This document shows, in pieces, positions 25,334-38,818 of a DNA stretch of 64,000 nucleotides. The DNA comes from Malacoraja senta (lineage: Eukaryota). The stretch is taken from NCBI GenBank assembly GCA_038087875.1, contig CM075999.1:994001-1058000 (forward strand). Direction: 5' to 3'. Each line of letters begins with the position of its first letter. Position 1 is the first letter of the stretch. The notes beneath the pieces were generated by a model. It saw nothing but the letters and a program-made list of their open reading frames with translations. It did no database searches and was not told the DNA's origin. The position numbers and the translations under genes were made by a program.

Positions 25334-27500
25334 GGACTCCCCCGGATGGCCTTCTACCCTCCTTAGACCTTTTCATTTCTAACTGCCGGCGTGACAGCAA
25401 CCGTCTCAACTTTTCCACTCCCCTTACCTACTCTGACCTCTCCCCACCGAACGTACAGCCCTCCGCTCACTCTGCAGCAACCGCGACATGATAAGGAAAC
25501 CCACCGACAAGGAAGGTGTCGTGGAAGTCTGGGGCGCTGACCTCTACCGGACTGAGGCCAGGCGACAACTCTCAGACACCTCCTCCTACTTATCCTTGGA
25601 CCATGATCCCACAGACGAGCACCAGGCCTTAATATCACTCACCATTACTGATTTCATTATTTCCGGCTCTCTGCCCTCTAAAGCCTCCAACCTTATCGTT
25701 CCCCAGCCCAGCACGGCCCCAATTTTATCTACTCCCCAAAATCCACAAACAGAACTGCCCTGGCAGACCCATTGTTCATGTTCCAATGAATTAATTTCCA
25801 TATACCTTGACTCCATCCTATCCCCCCTGGTCCAATCCTTCCCTACCTATGTCCAAGACACCTCACATGCCCTTCGTCTCTTCAATAACTTCCGTTTTCA
25901 AGGACCCCACTACCTCATCTTTACTATGGATGTCCAGTCACTCTACACCTCCATCCACCACCAGGAAGGTCTTAAAGCCCTCCGTTTCTTCCTCGACCGC
26001 AGAACCAGCCAATTTCTGTCTATTAACACTCTCCTCTACCTAGCAGAGCTGGTCCTTACCCTCAACAACTTCTCCTCGGACTCCTCCCACTTCCTCCAAA
26101 TCCAACACGTAGCTATGGGCATTCACATGGGCCCCAGCTATGCCTGCCTCTTTGTAGGGTACGTCGAACAATCACTGTTCCAGACGTACACTGGCCCTAT
26201 TCCCAAACTCTACCACCTAGCAACTGCATCGGTGCTGCCTCCTGCACCCATGCAGAACTCACTGACTTCATTAACTTCACCACTAATTTCCATCCTGCAC
26301 TCAAATGCACTTGGACCATCTCCGACATCTCCCTACCGTTTCTAGATCTCACCGTCTCCATCACAGGGGACAGACTATCGACTGACATCTATTACAAACC
26401 CACTGACTCCCATAGCTATCTAGACTACACTTCTTCCCACCCTGCTTCCTGTAGAGACTCCATCCCCTACTCCCAATTCCCTCCGTCTACGCGCCCAAGA
26501 TGAGTTGTTCCATACCAGGTCATCGGTGATGTCCTCATTCTTCAGGGAATGAGGGTTCCCCTCTTCTATTATAGATGTGGCTTTCACTAGGGTCTCCCCT
26601 ATATCCCGCAGCTCCGCTCTTGCTCCCCCTCCCCCATTCATAACAGAGTCCCCCTTGTCCTCACCTTCCACCCCATCAACCGTCGCATACAGCACATAAT
26701 CCTCTGACATTTTCACCACCTCCAACGGGATCTCACTATTAGCCACATCTTGCCATCTCCAGTCCTTGCTGCTTTCCCCAGAGTCCATTCCCTCTGCAAC
26801 TCCCTGGTCAACTCGTCCCTTCCCACCCAAACCACCCCTTCCCCAGGTACTTTCCCCTGCAACTACAGGAGATGCAACACCTGACCCCATACCTCACCCC
26901 TTGACTCCATCCAAGGACCCCAACAGTCTTTTCTGGTGAAGTAGAGGTTCACTTGCACCTCCTCCAACCTCATCTACTGTATCCGCTGTTCCAATTGTGG
27001 ACTCCTGTACATCGGCGAGACCAAGCGCAGGCTCGGCGATCGTTTCGCTGAACACCTCCGCTCAGTCCGCCTAAACCTACCTAATCTCCCGGTTTGCTTC
27101 AACACTTTAACTCCCCCTCCCATTCCCACACTGACCTTTCTGTCCTGGGCCTCCTCCATTGTCAGAGTGAGGCCCAGTGCAAATTGGAGGAACAGTACCT
27201 CACATTTTGCTTGGGCTGCTTACAACCCAGCGGTATGAACTTTGACTTCTCTAACTTCAAGTAACCCTTGCTTTCCCGCTCTCTCCATCCCCTTCCCATT
27301 CCCAGTTCCATTGCCAGTGTTACTGTCTCCGACCACATATTATCTCTGTACCGCCCACTCCCCTGGCATCAGTCTGAAGAAGGGTCTCGAGCCGAAACGT
27401 CACCCATTCCTTCTCTCCAGAGATGCTGCATGTCCCGCTGAGTTAATCCAGCTTTTTTGTGTCTATCTTCAATTTAAATCAGCTTCTGCAGTTCTTTCTT
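25334..27500 (+). mobile_element. Penelope-like element (RT + Cys linker + GIY-YIG endonuclease), 5'-truncated, frameshifted, with terminal repeat carrying a hammerhead motif
   Basis: KP(T)DKEGVVEV, TMDVQSLYTSI, LTLNNF, VAMGIHMGPSYACLFVG, FLDL, NLIYCIRCSNCGLLYIGETKRRLGDRFAEHLRSV; 14-bp TSD ATCCATATAATCCT at 25320-25333 and 27501-27514. Confidence 0.92.
27371..27404 (+). ncRNA. Minimal type-I hammerhead ribozyme motif in the Penelope terminal repeat
   Basis: CTGAAGA-A-GGGTCTCGAGCC-GAAACGTC; helix II has one mismatch; helix I only ~2 bp. Confidence 0.55.
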
Positions 27501-27887
27501 ATCCATATAATCCTAGTTCATTATTTAACTTCTAATTAATTTCATCTTTAACTTCTATAACATAGAATGGCTTCTGAAGAAATGCAATTGTTCTTCTTGA
27601 TTGCCCAGTTCACTAAGTTGATCATAAAATGTGCCACAACAGGATAACAAATGCTGACCATGCGTTATAAGTCAAATCTGACAATATAAGTGACAATAAT
27701 AAAGGTTTATGATTTATGAGTATCAGTGGAACTGCAGGATGGAATATTGCCTTCAGCTAATAGCATCTGTTTGTCACTACTCAAATTGATACAACATATA
27801 TGTACAAATATATATACTGACCTCTTTGGTTTATGAAGATTTGATTTATGATTTTTTTGGCTACAGCATCATTGACTCTTTTGGGTA

Positions 27888-28192
27888 TGTTTAGTCTAGT
27901 TCAGAGATACAGTGAGGAAACAGGTCCTTCAGCCCACCCGAGACGTGGCTACCAGCGATCCTCGCACACAAACACTATCTTACACACACTGGGCACAGTT
28001 TACAATTATACCGAGCCAATTAACTTACAAACCTGTACGCCTTTGGAGAGTGGGAGGAAACCGGAGCACCCGGAGAAAACGCACGCAGGTCACGGGGAGA
28101 ATGTACAAACTCTATCCAGACAGCACCCGTAGTCAGGATCGAACCCGGGTCCCTGGCGCTGTAAGGTGGTAACTCTACAGCTGCGCCACCGT
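27888..28192 (-). mobile_element. HE1-like V-SINE
   Basis: Reverse strand A-box, B-box GGTTCGATCC, V-core, (CTAAA)-type tail. Confidence 0.85.
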
Positions 28193-29031
28193 CCCCATCC
28201 AGTGTGTGTTCTTCATTTATGAATCTCTTATTTGTTATGATTTAAACCACAGTAGTCCCTGCCCACAATACGTTTTGCGCTTCTCCCATGATATTTTGTC
28301 TCTTTCGAGATAATCATTGTTACTTGTTTTCAGAATTAATCAAAAGTTAGATTGTGGCTCCTTCAAGATGACTTCAAAATGAATTGGTCGATCTTAGGTA
28401 CAATGAAAAATCTTGCTTGCACAGCATCACAAGCCTATAGACTCGGACAAACACACACAAAAACAATTTATACATAAATTATACACAAATTACATAAGGG
28501 CATATGTTTAAGATGAAGGAGGAAAGATTTAATAGGAATCAAAGGGGTAGCATTTCCACACAGAGGGTGGTGGGCATATGGAACAAGCTGTCAGAGGAGG
28601 TAGTTGAGGCAGGGACTATCACAACATTTAAGAAGCAGTTAGAAGGTACATGAATAGGACAGGTTTAGAGGGATATGGGCTAAAAGCAGACGTGGGACAA
28701 GTGTATATGGGACATGTTGGTCGGTGTCGGCAGGTTGTGCTGAAGGGCCTGTTTCAATGCTGTATAACTATGAGGGGACGGGACCCAACGGGCCCCCCTT
28801 AGTCTAGTTACATCTAAAATTGTAAATGAAAAAGACTACACAAAAAAAAGCAAGACATTAATGAAAAATAACCAAGTCCATAGTGATCCAGGAGGGCTGT
28901 GCTGTTTCATTGTTGAGGTAGGGTTAGGGTAGTGTAGGCTGGTTCAAGAACTTGATCGTTGCAGGAAAGTAGCTGTTCCTGAACCTGGTGATGTGGGAGT
29001 TCAAGATTCTGTACCTCTTGGATGGTATGTT

Positions 29032-29787
29032 ATAGATGGTATAGACAATAGACAATAGGCGCAGGAGTAGGCCATTCGGCCCTTCGAGCCAGCACCGCCA
29101 TTCAATGTGATCATGGCTGATCATCCCCAATCAGTACCCCATTCCTGCCTTCTCCCCATATCCCCTGACTCCGCTATCTTTAAGAGCCCTATCTAGCTCT
29201 CTCTTGAAAGTATCCAGAGAACCGACTTCCCCCGCCCTCTGAGGCAGAGAATTCCACAGACTCACCACTCTCTGTGAGAAAAAGTGTTTCCTCGTCTACG
29301 TTCTAAATAGCTTACCCCTTATTCTTAAACTGTGGCCCCTGGTTCTGGACTCCCCCAACATCGGGAACATGTTTCCTGCCTCTAGCGTGTTCAAGCCCAT
29401 AACAATCTTATATGTTTCAATAAAATCTCCTCTCATCCTTCTAAACTCCAGAGTGTACAAGCCCAGCCGCTCCATTCACTCAGCATATAACAGTCCCGCC
29501 ATCCCAGGAATTAACCTTGTAAACCTATGCTGCACCCCCTCAATAGCAAGAATGTCCTTCCTCAAATTAGGGGACCAAAACTGCACACAATACTCCAGGT
29601 GTGGTCTCACTAGGGACCTGTACAACTGCAGAAGGGCCTCTTTGCTCCTATACTCCTCTTGTTATAAAGGCCAACATGCCATTCGCTTTCTTCACTGCCT
29701 GCTGTACCTGCATGCTTATTTTCATAGACTGATGAACAAGAACCCCCAGATCCCGTTGTACTTCCCCTTTTCCCAACTTGACGCCAT
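29032..29787 (-). mobile_element. CR1 LINE 3' ~760-bp copy
   Basis: Reverse strand LVRPHLEYCVQFWSP; (CTATTGT)n tail; 14-bp TSD TTGGATGGTATGTT at 29018-29031 and 29788-29801. Confidence 0.88.
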
Positions 29788-30689
29788 TTGGATGGTATGT
29801 TGACATCAAGTGAGAGGTTGTTGTTGCAGCTTCACTCAGCCAGGTGTTCTATCTGTCTCCTGTGCACTACCTCACCACCATGCACTGTTTGACCATCTAC
29901 ATCAGTGTGGTCGGTGAATTTGAGTTGACCTGATGAGCCAAATAGCTTAACTCCGCTCTGATAAATTATGAACTAACGAACTTTTGAACATGAAGCTCTT
30001 GACGATCTCCATTTTACTAACATTGATGTAGGCTGGGGTGTACCCTGATGTCAATGACTAGTTCCTTCGTACTTTTGAGAGGTTTACCTTGATGTTTTAT
30101 CAGTGGCTGATGCTGTTCTGTGACTTCATCAAAAGAAAATCCATTGCGTTACATTCTGAGGATTAAAGCACAGACTAACTGATACATGATGTTACGTTAA
30201 GTGCCAGATCTATAGCTTCAGAATTGAAAGGCCAGAGGAATTGCCAATTGCCTGCTTTCAGTAAGTGTCTGAAAATGACATATTTTCAAAACAAGTTTCA
30301 TGTCACAGAATATGCAAAGCTGTCCGCTTCATGACTTTGTAGACACATTTTACATTCGACTCGAGTTGATGCTGGGAGTTTTAAAAAGGTGCAAGAATGG
30401 AGATTTTAATGGCATACTCAAATGCAGATTCTTCTTCACAATATTAACAGGGACTAGCGGTTCCCTGATGTCTTGCTAAGCCAGTGAAGGATAGCGTCAT
30501 GAATGCACATCACTGGTACATCGAGAAATAGCAGCAAATATCAAGAAATCACAGGGGCATCCCTATAGGAGTTGGATACTGAGTTGGATGATCAGCCATG
30601 ATTATATTGAATGGCGGTGCAGGCTCGAAGGGCCGAATGGCCTACTCCTGCACCTAATTTCTATGTTTCTATGTTTCTATGTATAGATT

Positions 30690-31110
30690 TCAAGCTCATC
30701 ACGAAGGCTGGCTCCGTCCTGGGAGCGGAGTTGGATTCACTGGAGATGGTCCTGGAGGGGAGGATGCTCCTCAAACTGCGGAGCATCTTGGACAATACAG
30801 CTCACCCCCTCCGTGACACACTGGTCAACCTGAGGAGCACCTTCAGCAACAGACTGGTTCCATCAAGATGCAGCACAGAACGCCACAGGACATCCTTTTC
30901 CCCGGTGGCTAGCAAACTGTACAACTCCTCCCCCTTCTGTCGAGGGGTAGACTCACTCCCCCACCCCCCCCCCAATCTTTGCACATTCCCAATCCTGTCC
31001 ACTCATCACTTTAATTTCATGTTTCGTGTATTTTGTGTTTTTATGACTGTTGGCAGATCAATTTCCCTCCTGGGATAAATGAAGTTCTATCGTATCGTCG
31101 TGTTGTATCG
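30690..31110 (+). mobile_element. Rex1/Babar-type LINE 3' fragment
   Basis: KLITKAGSVLG..LRSILDNTAHPL..RSTFSNRLV..RCSTERHRTSF; related minus-strand copy at ~62605-62720. Confidence 0.7.
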
Positions 31111-31410
31111 ATTTCATTCCACTAAAACTGAGGGGGAAGTGGGAAATTTAGAACATATAAAGATCGAGGATGATCAGTTTTACTTCAATTGTTCTGGCAA
31201 ACACAACAACTCTCATTCGTAGTAGATGAAGTGGTGGAGTAACTCGATGGGTCAGACAGCATCGCTGGGTTGGGTTAGTTCTTGTTCTTGAGAAATGAAC
31301 TGTCATTTGTTTGATTCCGTGGTCCCCAAGCAAAAGGAGTTACAGACCAGAGGAAAATGGAGCAAATGAGGCCATCAGTCTTTCATTAAGATTACTGCTG
31401 ATCTGATGTT

Positions 31411-31715
31411 CAAGAAGGAACTGCAGATGCTGGAAAATCGAAGGTAGACAAAAGTGCTGGAGAAACTCAGCGGGTGAGGCGGCATCTATGGAGCGAAGGA
31501 AATAGGCAACGTTTCGGGCCGAAACCCTTCTTCAGACTGATGTAGGATGGGGGGGGGGGGGGGGGCGCGAAGAAGGAAGGAAGAGGAGGAGCCAGAGGGC
31601 TGAGGGAGAGCTGAGAAGGGGAGGAGACAGCAAGGGCTACCGGAAATTGGAGAAGTCAATGTTCAGGCCGCTGGGGTGCAGACCGCACCCGCTGAGTTTC
31701 TCCAGCACTTTTGTC
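31411..31715 (-). mobile_element. Penelope 3' end + terminal repeat with short inverted piece; intact hammerhead core at 31508-31535
   Basis: Imperfect 18-bp TSD (31393-31410 vs 31716-31733); minus strand CTGAAGA-A-GGGT(TTCG)GCCC-GAAACGTT. Confidence 0.75.
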
Positions 31716-31754
31716 TACCGCTGGTCTGATATTGGTCCCAACTTCACATTTCTG

Positions 31755-32010
31755 GCTGACCAGCGATCCCCGTACACCAACACTATCCTACACACACACT
31801 AGGGACAATTCACATTGTTATCAAGTCACTTAGTCTTCAAACCTGAATGTCTTTGGAGTGTGGGAGGAAACCGGTGCTCCCAGAGAAAACCCACGCAGGG
31901 CACGGGGAGAACGTACAAACTCTGCACAGACACCACACGTAGTCAGAATCGAACCCGGGTCTCTGGCGCTGAAAGGCAGCAACTCTACCGCTGCACCAAC
32001 GAGCCGCCCT
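31755..32010 (-). mobile_element. HE1-like V-SINE
   Basis: B-box GGTTCGATTC and V-core on reverse strand. Confidence 0.75.
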
Positions 32011-32072
32011 ATATGCCGCCCTGGTGTCCCTTAGACTCTGGGTCAGTATGCTGTTGTTGCTCTGACACTAGC

Positions 32073-33006
32073 TTTTTTTTTTTTTTTTTTTTAACCCTGT
32101 AATATTTTTATTTTATTAGAAGTAAGTACAATTGTATACAATCATATTTTCATAATACCTTTTATGTACAGCTTCTTAGTTAAAAAAATTTTTGTAATAA
32201 AGAAGAAAAAGAAAAAGGTTAGATAATGAAAAATAGAAAAATGTGAGATATATAGTGTGTGAAAAAGAAAAATAAAGTGAAAAAAGAAAGTTGAGACATA
32301 GAAAATAGAAGAAAGAGAATAAAAGAAGAGAAGAGAAGAAAAGAAAATAGAAGTAAGGAGATCATTTATAATCTTGACCATCCCCATTCACGGATTAGCT
32401 TTTACACCTGTTTTGCACCATATGTTTCCAAAAAGACGACAAATGGAGACCAACTCGTTATGAATTGGTCAAATTTATCTATTAGGAGGAATCGCATTTC
32501 CTCAAGATGTGCGGTATCCAACATACTTGCAATCCACATTTTGAGCGTTGGTATTGGTGTATTTTTCCAAAATTTCAATATTAATTTTTTTGCTATTATT
32601 AAACCATAATTAAAAATTGACTTTTGAGATGAGCTCAATTTGTTCCTGTCTTCCATTACCCCAAATATAATCAATTCATTATTGGGTTCCATTTTTGTCT
32701 TAAATAATTTTGTAAATATTTCGAAAATATCACTCCAAAATCCATGAAGTTTTATACAAGAAACAAAAGAGTGTGTTATAGTTGCGTCTTGGGTTAAACA
32801 TTTATCGCAAATGGGCGATATATTTGGATAAAATTTATTTAATCTTGTTTTTGAGTAATATAATCTATGTAAAATTTTAAATTGGATTAGATTATGTCTT
32901 GCGTTAATCGAACACTTGTGAATGTATGTCAAATACTTTTCCCATGTAGCCTTCGTAATTTTTATCAATAATTCCCGTTCCCAATCTTCTCTAATTACCT
33001 CCTCTA
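32073..33006 (-). mobile_element. 5'-truncated L1 (ORF2 C-terminus, 3'UTR, polyA)
   Basis: ORF 32402-33010 homologous to ORF2 end of the 908-7330 L1 (CSINARHNLIQFK, CDKC..H..C); polyT; TSD ACACTAGCT at 32065-32073 and 33007-33015. Confidence 0.92.
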
Positions 33007-33063
33007 ACACTAGCTGTGGTCATTGACTGGGGAAAGGCAGAAGACAGTGACATCTCCACACCA

Positions 33064-33306
33064 ACGATAGACACAAGATGGTGGAGTAACTCAGCGGGAC
33101 AGGCAGCGTCTCTGGAGAGAATGAATGGGTGACGTTTCGGGTCAAGACCCTTTTCAGACTCGGGCATATGAGTGTGAAGAAGGGTCTCAACCCGAAAGGT
33201 CACCCATTCCATCTATCTAGAGATGCTGCCTGTCCTGCTGAGTTACTCTAGCATTTTGTGTCTATCTTCAGTTTAAACCAGCATCTGCAGTTCCCTTCTA
33301 CAACAT
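33064..33306. mobile_element. Penelope-terminus-derived inverted-pair insert (two opposed hammerhead-like motifs)
   Basis: 12-bp TSD ATCTCCACACCA at 33052-33063 and 33307-33318; ~100-bp inverted arms. Confidence 0.8.
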
Positions 33307-34679
33307 ATCTCCACACCAGCTGGATATATACCACAGAGCATTCCCAAGCTGATGTATGCATTGTATCTCATTATCAAAAGACCGATGATGTTTCTAACTA
33401 TTTTGTACTTGCCAGCAGTGCGGCCCGTGGAACATGGCCAGCAGTTTGGTTTCTCTTGAAGATGAATGTCTCATATATTCTTCCTGTACACAATGCATTC
33501 ATCATGTGGAATTTCTTCTATTGATCCATAACCACCTGAACAACGAGGGAGGTTTGCAATTAATGAATAGATCTGGGTTATTAATGATGGCCCTGGGGCA
33601 AGTGAGTGCAGTTATAGACTGTTTTTTTACCCAAGGAGAGCCTCTGACTGAAGCAGCTGGGTATTGACTCTTCACTGATGGGCATTTCCTTTGCTTCTGT
33701 CCCAAAGTGACCAATGCTTATCAGGCCGGCAGTGGAGCAATACTTGCAGGTTCACCAGTGATGCTCTGATTAAATGAATTTGCCATCGGCTAATACGGGG
33801 GGAAAACAAATGATTCATCTTTTCGCAGTCTGTGAATATTGAAATAATGTGTAGGAAGGAATTGTAGATGCTGGTTTATAATGAAGATATATACAAAATC
33901 CTGGAGTAATGCAGTGGGTTCATACATTCTAGGAGCAGAATTAGGCTATTCAATAGACCATAGACAATAGACAATAGACAATAGGTGCAGTAGGCCATTC
34001 GGCCCTTCAGGTCTGCTCCACCATTCAATCATTGCTGATCTATTTTTCCCTCTCAACCTCATTCTTCTGCCTTCTCTCCATAAACCCTGACACCCGTATT
34101 AATCAAGAATCTATCAATCTCTGCTTTAAAAATATCCATTGATGCCCTCCACAGCCTTCTGTGGCCATGAATTCCACAGATTCACCACACTGTGACTAAA
34201 GAATTCCTCCTCATCTTCCTAAAGGAATGTCCTTTAAATCCAAGGCTATGACCTCTGATCCTAGACGCTCCCACTAGTGGAACCATCCTCTCCACATCCA
34301 CCCTATCCAGGCCTTCTCTATCCAGACCCTTCTTCTGAGGAAGGGTTCTGATCCGAAACATCACTATTCCTTTTCTCCGGAGATGCTGCCTGACCTGCCT
34401 CGTTACTCCAGCATTTTGTGCCTATCTTCAACATTAGAATATGTTTGTGCAGTTGAGGCTCACTTTTGTAGCTTCCCTTGCAAGTCTCCCAATATCAATA
34501 GATGTCCCAATAAATAGTTTTACATGCTTACACAGTGTAGTGTTATGTAAGCCAGTGTGTACTGTGAATCTTCAGGGATGATTGTAGGTTGCACCCAATT
34601 TGTCAGTAAAGGAAGAAGGAAGCAGTGCGAAGTTACTAATATCCTTATGTCCCAACATGGAGAAATATCAGCCAGATGG

Positions 34680-34895
34680 AGACACAAGGAAAGGCAGATG
34701 CTGGAATCTTGAGAAAAACACAGAGTGCTGGAGGAACTCGCCAGGTCAGGCAGCATCTGGGTATGGAAAGGACAGGCGACGTTTCGGGTCAAGACCGTTC
34801 TTCAAACAATGTATCAGTCTGAAGGAGGGACCTGACCTGAAACATTGCCTGTCCATTCCATACCCAGATGCTGCCTGACCCACTGAGTTTTCCCT
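34680..34895. mobile_element. Penelope-terminus-derived inverted pair
   Basis: Arms CAGGCAGCATCTGGGTATGGAA.GGACAGGC and its reverse complement; degenerate hammerhead motifs on both strands. Confidence 0.7.
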
Positions 34896-35607
34896 CACAC
34901 TTAGTGTTTTGCAGATGGAAAACTACCAGGTTACTTGATGTAATTTGCTCATATAGCAATTTCCCCAAGAGAGAACATAGGAACAGCACAGAAACCCACA
35001 ATGTCTGTGCTGAACATGATGCAAAACCATCTCTTATCTGCCTGCATATAATCCATGTCCCTCCATTCCCTGCCTATCCCATGCCTGTCCAAAAGTCTCC
35101 TAAATGCCACTACCGCATCTGCCTTGGCCACCAACCCTGGTACTAACTCTCTGTACAAAAAAACGTCACCAGCACAACTCCTTAAAACTTTGTCCCTCTC
35201 ACCTTAAAATTGTATTCTCTAGTATTTGATTTCTCCATCCTGGGAAAAAGATTTTGATGTCTATCTATGCCTCTCATGACTTTATGTACCTATTAGTTCT
35301 CCCCACAACCTTTGGTTTTCTAGAGAAAATGTTTGCCCAACTTCTCCCTGTAGCTAATACCCCCTTAGATAGAGCTCTTAAAGATAGCGGTGTCAAGTGA
35401 TATGAGGAGAAGGCGGGAACGGGGTACTGATTGTGGATAATCAGCCATGATCACAATGAATGGCGGTGCTGGCTCGAAGGGCCGAATGGCCTACTCTTGC
35501 ACCTATTGTCTATAATCCAAACCTCATTGGCAACGGTTTAAAGCCTCCACATCCTTCCTATATTGGGGTGACCATAACTGCACACAATACTCCAAATGTG
35601 GCCTAAT

Positions 35608-35932
35608 AGCCCTGTCCCACAATACGAGATAATTCCAAGAGCTCTCCCGAGTTTTAAAAAAATCAAACTTGTGGTAAGCACGGAGAATGTACGTAGCGGG
35701 TACGTCGGAGCTCGGGGACGTCTCTTAGCGGCTTGTAACGCTAACGGCAGGTATTCGGGAAGACTCGCTAACGGCAGGTAAGCACGGGAAGACTCGTGAA
35801 GATTTTTCAACATGATGAAAAATGTCCACGAGAACCCGAGTACCGACGAGTGGCCATTACCGTAAATCTCCGAGTTCGAATCAGGGCAAACTCGGGAGAG
35901 CTCTTGGAATGAACTGGAATGGGACAGGGCTT
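35608..35932. mobile_element. Harbinger-type MITE in a CR1 fragment
   Basis: TIR AGCCCTGTCCCA / TGGGACAGGGCT; TAA on both sides, and removing one copy restores host GGCCTAACTAAAG. Confidence 0.85.
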
Positions 35933-38004
35933 TAACTAAAGTCCTATAAAGCTGCACCTTGAGTTCAAGAAGCTACAACCTGATGCTACATCATGCAACA
36001 GGCGCACAGCTACCTAGAAACGATTGCTTGCGGAATCTAAACGGTGCTAAATCATTTTAGGTGTGAAGCGGATTTTATTTTTTTAAAGCAAATGCTAATT
36101 GATCCAATTTCTGAGTTTCTAACTGAGAGTCTTGGAGCTTGAAGTTGCAGAAAGGGAGACAAACAGGGGGTGTTCAGACCTGAAGAAGGCTTAGCAGGAT
36201 CGCAGCCGAGTGGCACAACAGCCTGAAACATATTCAGCGACATTTGGAGATATGGCTACCAAAGATTAGCAGTAAACACATTCCACATTGTTAATTTTGA
36301 AGGCCTCACAGAACACTCCATTCTTAATAAAAAATGAAACCCCACAAGGAGCGCAAATCCAATAATTAGTGGGCGAATTTATGAATAGTCTGATGATCAA
36401 GGTTCCATAATTTTATGACCAAAGATAAATCATAATCAACATAGAATCAGGTTCAAGCTAATCTGCCTCGGGAGTCCGTCCTGCTCTTTACTATCATGCT
36501 ACCTCTTTTCATTCAGTCTGGGTTAATGTTTCTTTCATTTAGTTTAGTGTATTTTCATATGGTACCGAGGTACAGTGAAAAGCTTTTGTTATGTGAAGAT
36601 TATATATGATTACAATCGAGCCATCCACAATATACAGTTACATGACAAAGGGAACAAGTCCAGTAAAGTCCATTCTACAGGAGAAAGAATCATAAGGACG
36701 ACCAAAATGATCGCATGGATGTCCTTTTCACTTTCTTCATTGCCTCCTCTAATACAGACTCTAGTATTTTCTTGAGAATGCTAATTCTTTTATAAAATGT
36801 AGGCAAAATCTGTTCTTCTCGTGATCGATATGTCCCCTTTTCCGTGGTCCTGGACCAGTTTGTCCAAAATTGGTTTATACGGTTTGCCAAACTTACACCT
36901 TTCTCTCATTTTTCAGTCATTTTGTTGGACAAAGTTCTCAGATCTAAACAGTAGGCCTCTTTCCCTGAGCTTGTAACCCTTGGTTGCAGAAGTGTTTGGC
37001 TGGAGTTTATCCCCAGGCAACTTCTCAGCCAAGCATCTTATATGTTCCAATGACTTGACTGCTCATTTTGCTTCTATTCTCCAGAAAACTCACTGCCATG
37101 GAGAATATCTCGTAGTGGAGATATTTTTGAAGGATGGCACAAGAGGAAGAAAGTTATGGAAGAGTATATTGACAGGGCTTCATAAAGATGCAAAGGACAT
37201 TCCCATGTGAAGCCCTAATGTCAACATGGACATATTTGGGTTGAATAGCTTGTTTCAATTCAGAGAAGATTTTGCAATGTTTTTGGACTGGATAGAATGA
37301 CAAATATTAGCTTCAACTCATGCTAACATTTGATGAAAAGTTATTCATTATTGTTAGCCATTAAATCCATCATCAGAGAAACTTTCTAGAAAGCTGCAAG
37401 CCTCAGGTGCTTAATCAATATTCATCATTCTTTTTAATGAATGTAATGAAAGTGACAAATTGACACAGTGATTTAAAGCAGGTAACGATTTCTTGCATTG
37501 AGTGATGTGCAGTTACCTGTTATGTGTTGGCAGGTGATTATATAATGCCATTAATGGTATATTAATAAAAATATTTGTCCCAAACATCTAGTTTTATACA
37601 ATTTTGAACATTTGTTGATAAAAAAAACAATAATTTTCTCCTGCTGAAGTGAGAAAAAAATTTAAAATTCAATTCCAAAATTAAAAATCCAGGCTCTCAT
37701 CCAAATGACGTGCCCTCTAGTATTGGATATCTCAATCCTGGGAAAAGGTTCTGACTGTTTATCCATCTATACTTTTCATAATTTTATATATTTGTATCAG
37801 GTCTCCCTCTAACCTTCTGTGTTCCAGCGAGATGAATGACAATCTCAATAACGCAAAACAGAGGGGGAAAAATTGGGGAGTTAGAGAAAGATGAGATAGA
37901 GTGGAGAAGAATCGATAGAATGTAGAAACCAAGGGTTGAAGATGCTGGTTTATACCAAAGATTAACACAAAGTGCTGGATTAACCCAATGGGTCAGGCAG
38001 CATC

Positions 38005-38300
38005 TTAGTTTAGTTTAGAAATACAGTGGTAAACAGGTCATTTGGCCCACCGAATCCGCACCGACCAGCGATCCCTGCACATTAATAGCACCCTACACAC
38101 ACGAGGGACAATTTTGCATTTTTATACCAAGCCAATTAACCTACAAACCTATATGTCTTTGGAGTGTGGAAGGAAACCGAAGATCTCAGAGAAAACCCAT
38201 GCAGATCACGGGTAGAACGTACAAACTCCACACAGACAGCATCAGAACCCGGGTGTCTGGCGCTGTAAGGCAGTAGCTTTACCGCTATGCCACCATGCTA
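38005..38300 (-). mobile_element. HE1-like V-SINE nested in a Penelope-derived short repeat
   Basis: SINE core and (TTTAG)n tail; flanks rejoin as GCAGCATC..AGAGAAAAAGGAT. Confidence 0.75.
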
Positions 38301-38506
38301 CCCAGAGAAAAAGGATGGGGACATTTTGGGTCGTAACCCTTCTGGGTTGGAAAAAGATTGAGTCTACATGAAGTACAAAGACCAGCAAAAAACCTTTGGG
38401 CTGAATGATCTATTTCTGTGCATAATAATCCATGACTGTAACAACTGCTTGACTTTAAACCGATTTTTTTTTCTCATTCAGTGTTTCATAATCACCTTTC
38501 CAACAT

Positions 38507-38818
38507 TAGTTTAGTTTAGTTTAGTTTAGAGATACAGTGTGGAAACAGGCCCTTCACCCACTGAGTCCGCACCGACCTCTGCACATTAACACTATCCTAC
38601 ACACATTAGCGACAATTCACTATTATAACAAGCCAATTAACACTCAATCCTGTAGACGTCTTTGGAGTGTGGGAGGAAACCTGAGATCCCAGAGAAAACC
38701 CACGCAGGTCAGGGGAGAACGTACAAACTCCGTACAGACAGCACCCGTAGTCAGGATCGAACCCGGGTCTCTGGCGCTGTAAGGCAGCAACTCGACCGCT
38801 GCGCCACCGTGCTGCCCT
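38507..38818 (-). mobile_element. HE1-like V-SINE, full length
   Basis: A-box TGGCGCAGCGG, B-box GGTTCGATCC, V-core, (TTTAG)n tail. Confidence 0.88.

Noticed and set aside
36690..36890. Minus ORF with protein-like composition (..KKILESVLEEAMKKVKR..)
   Set aside because: No convincing splice signals or family motif; may be a very old TE remnant
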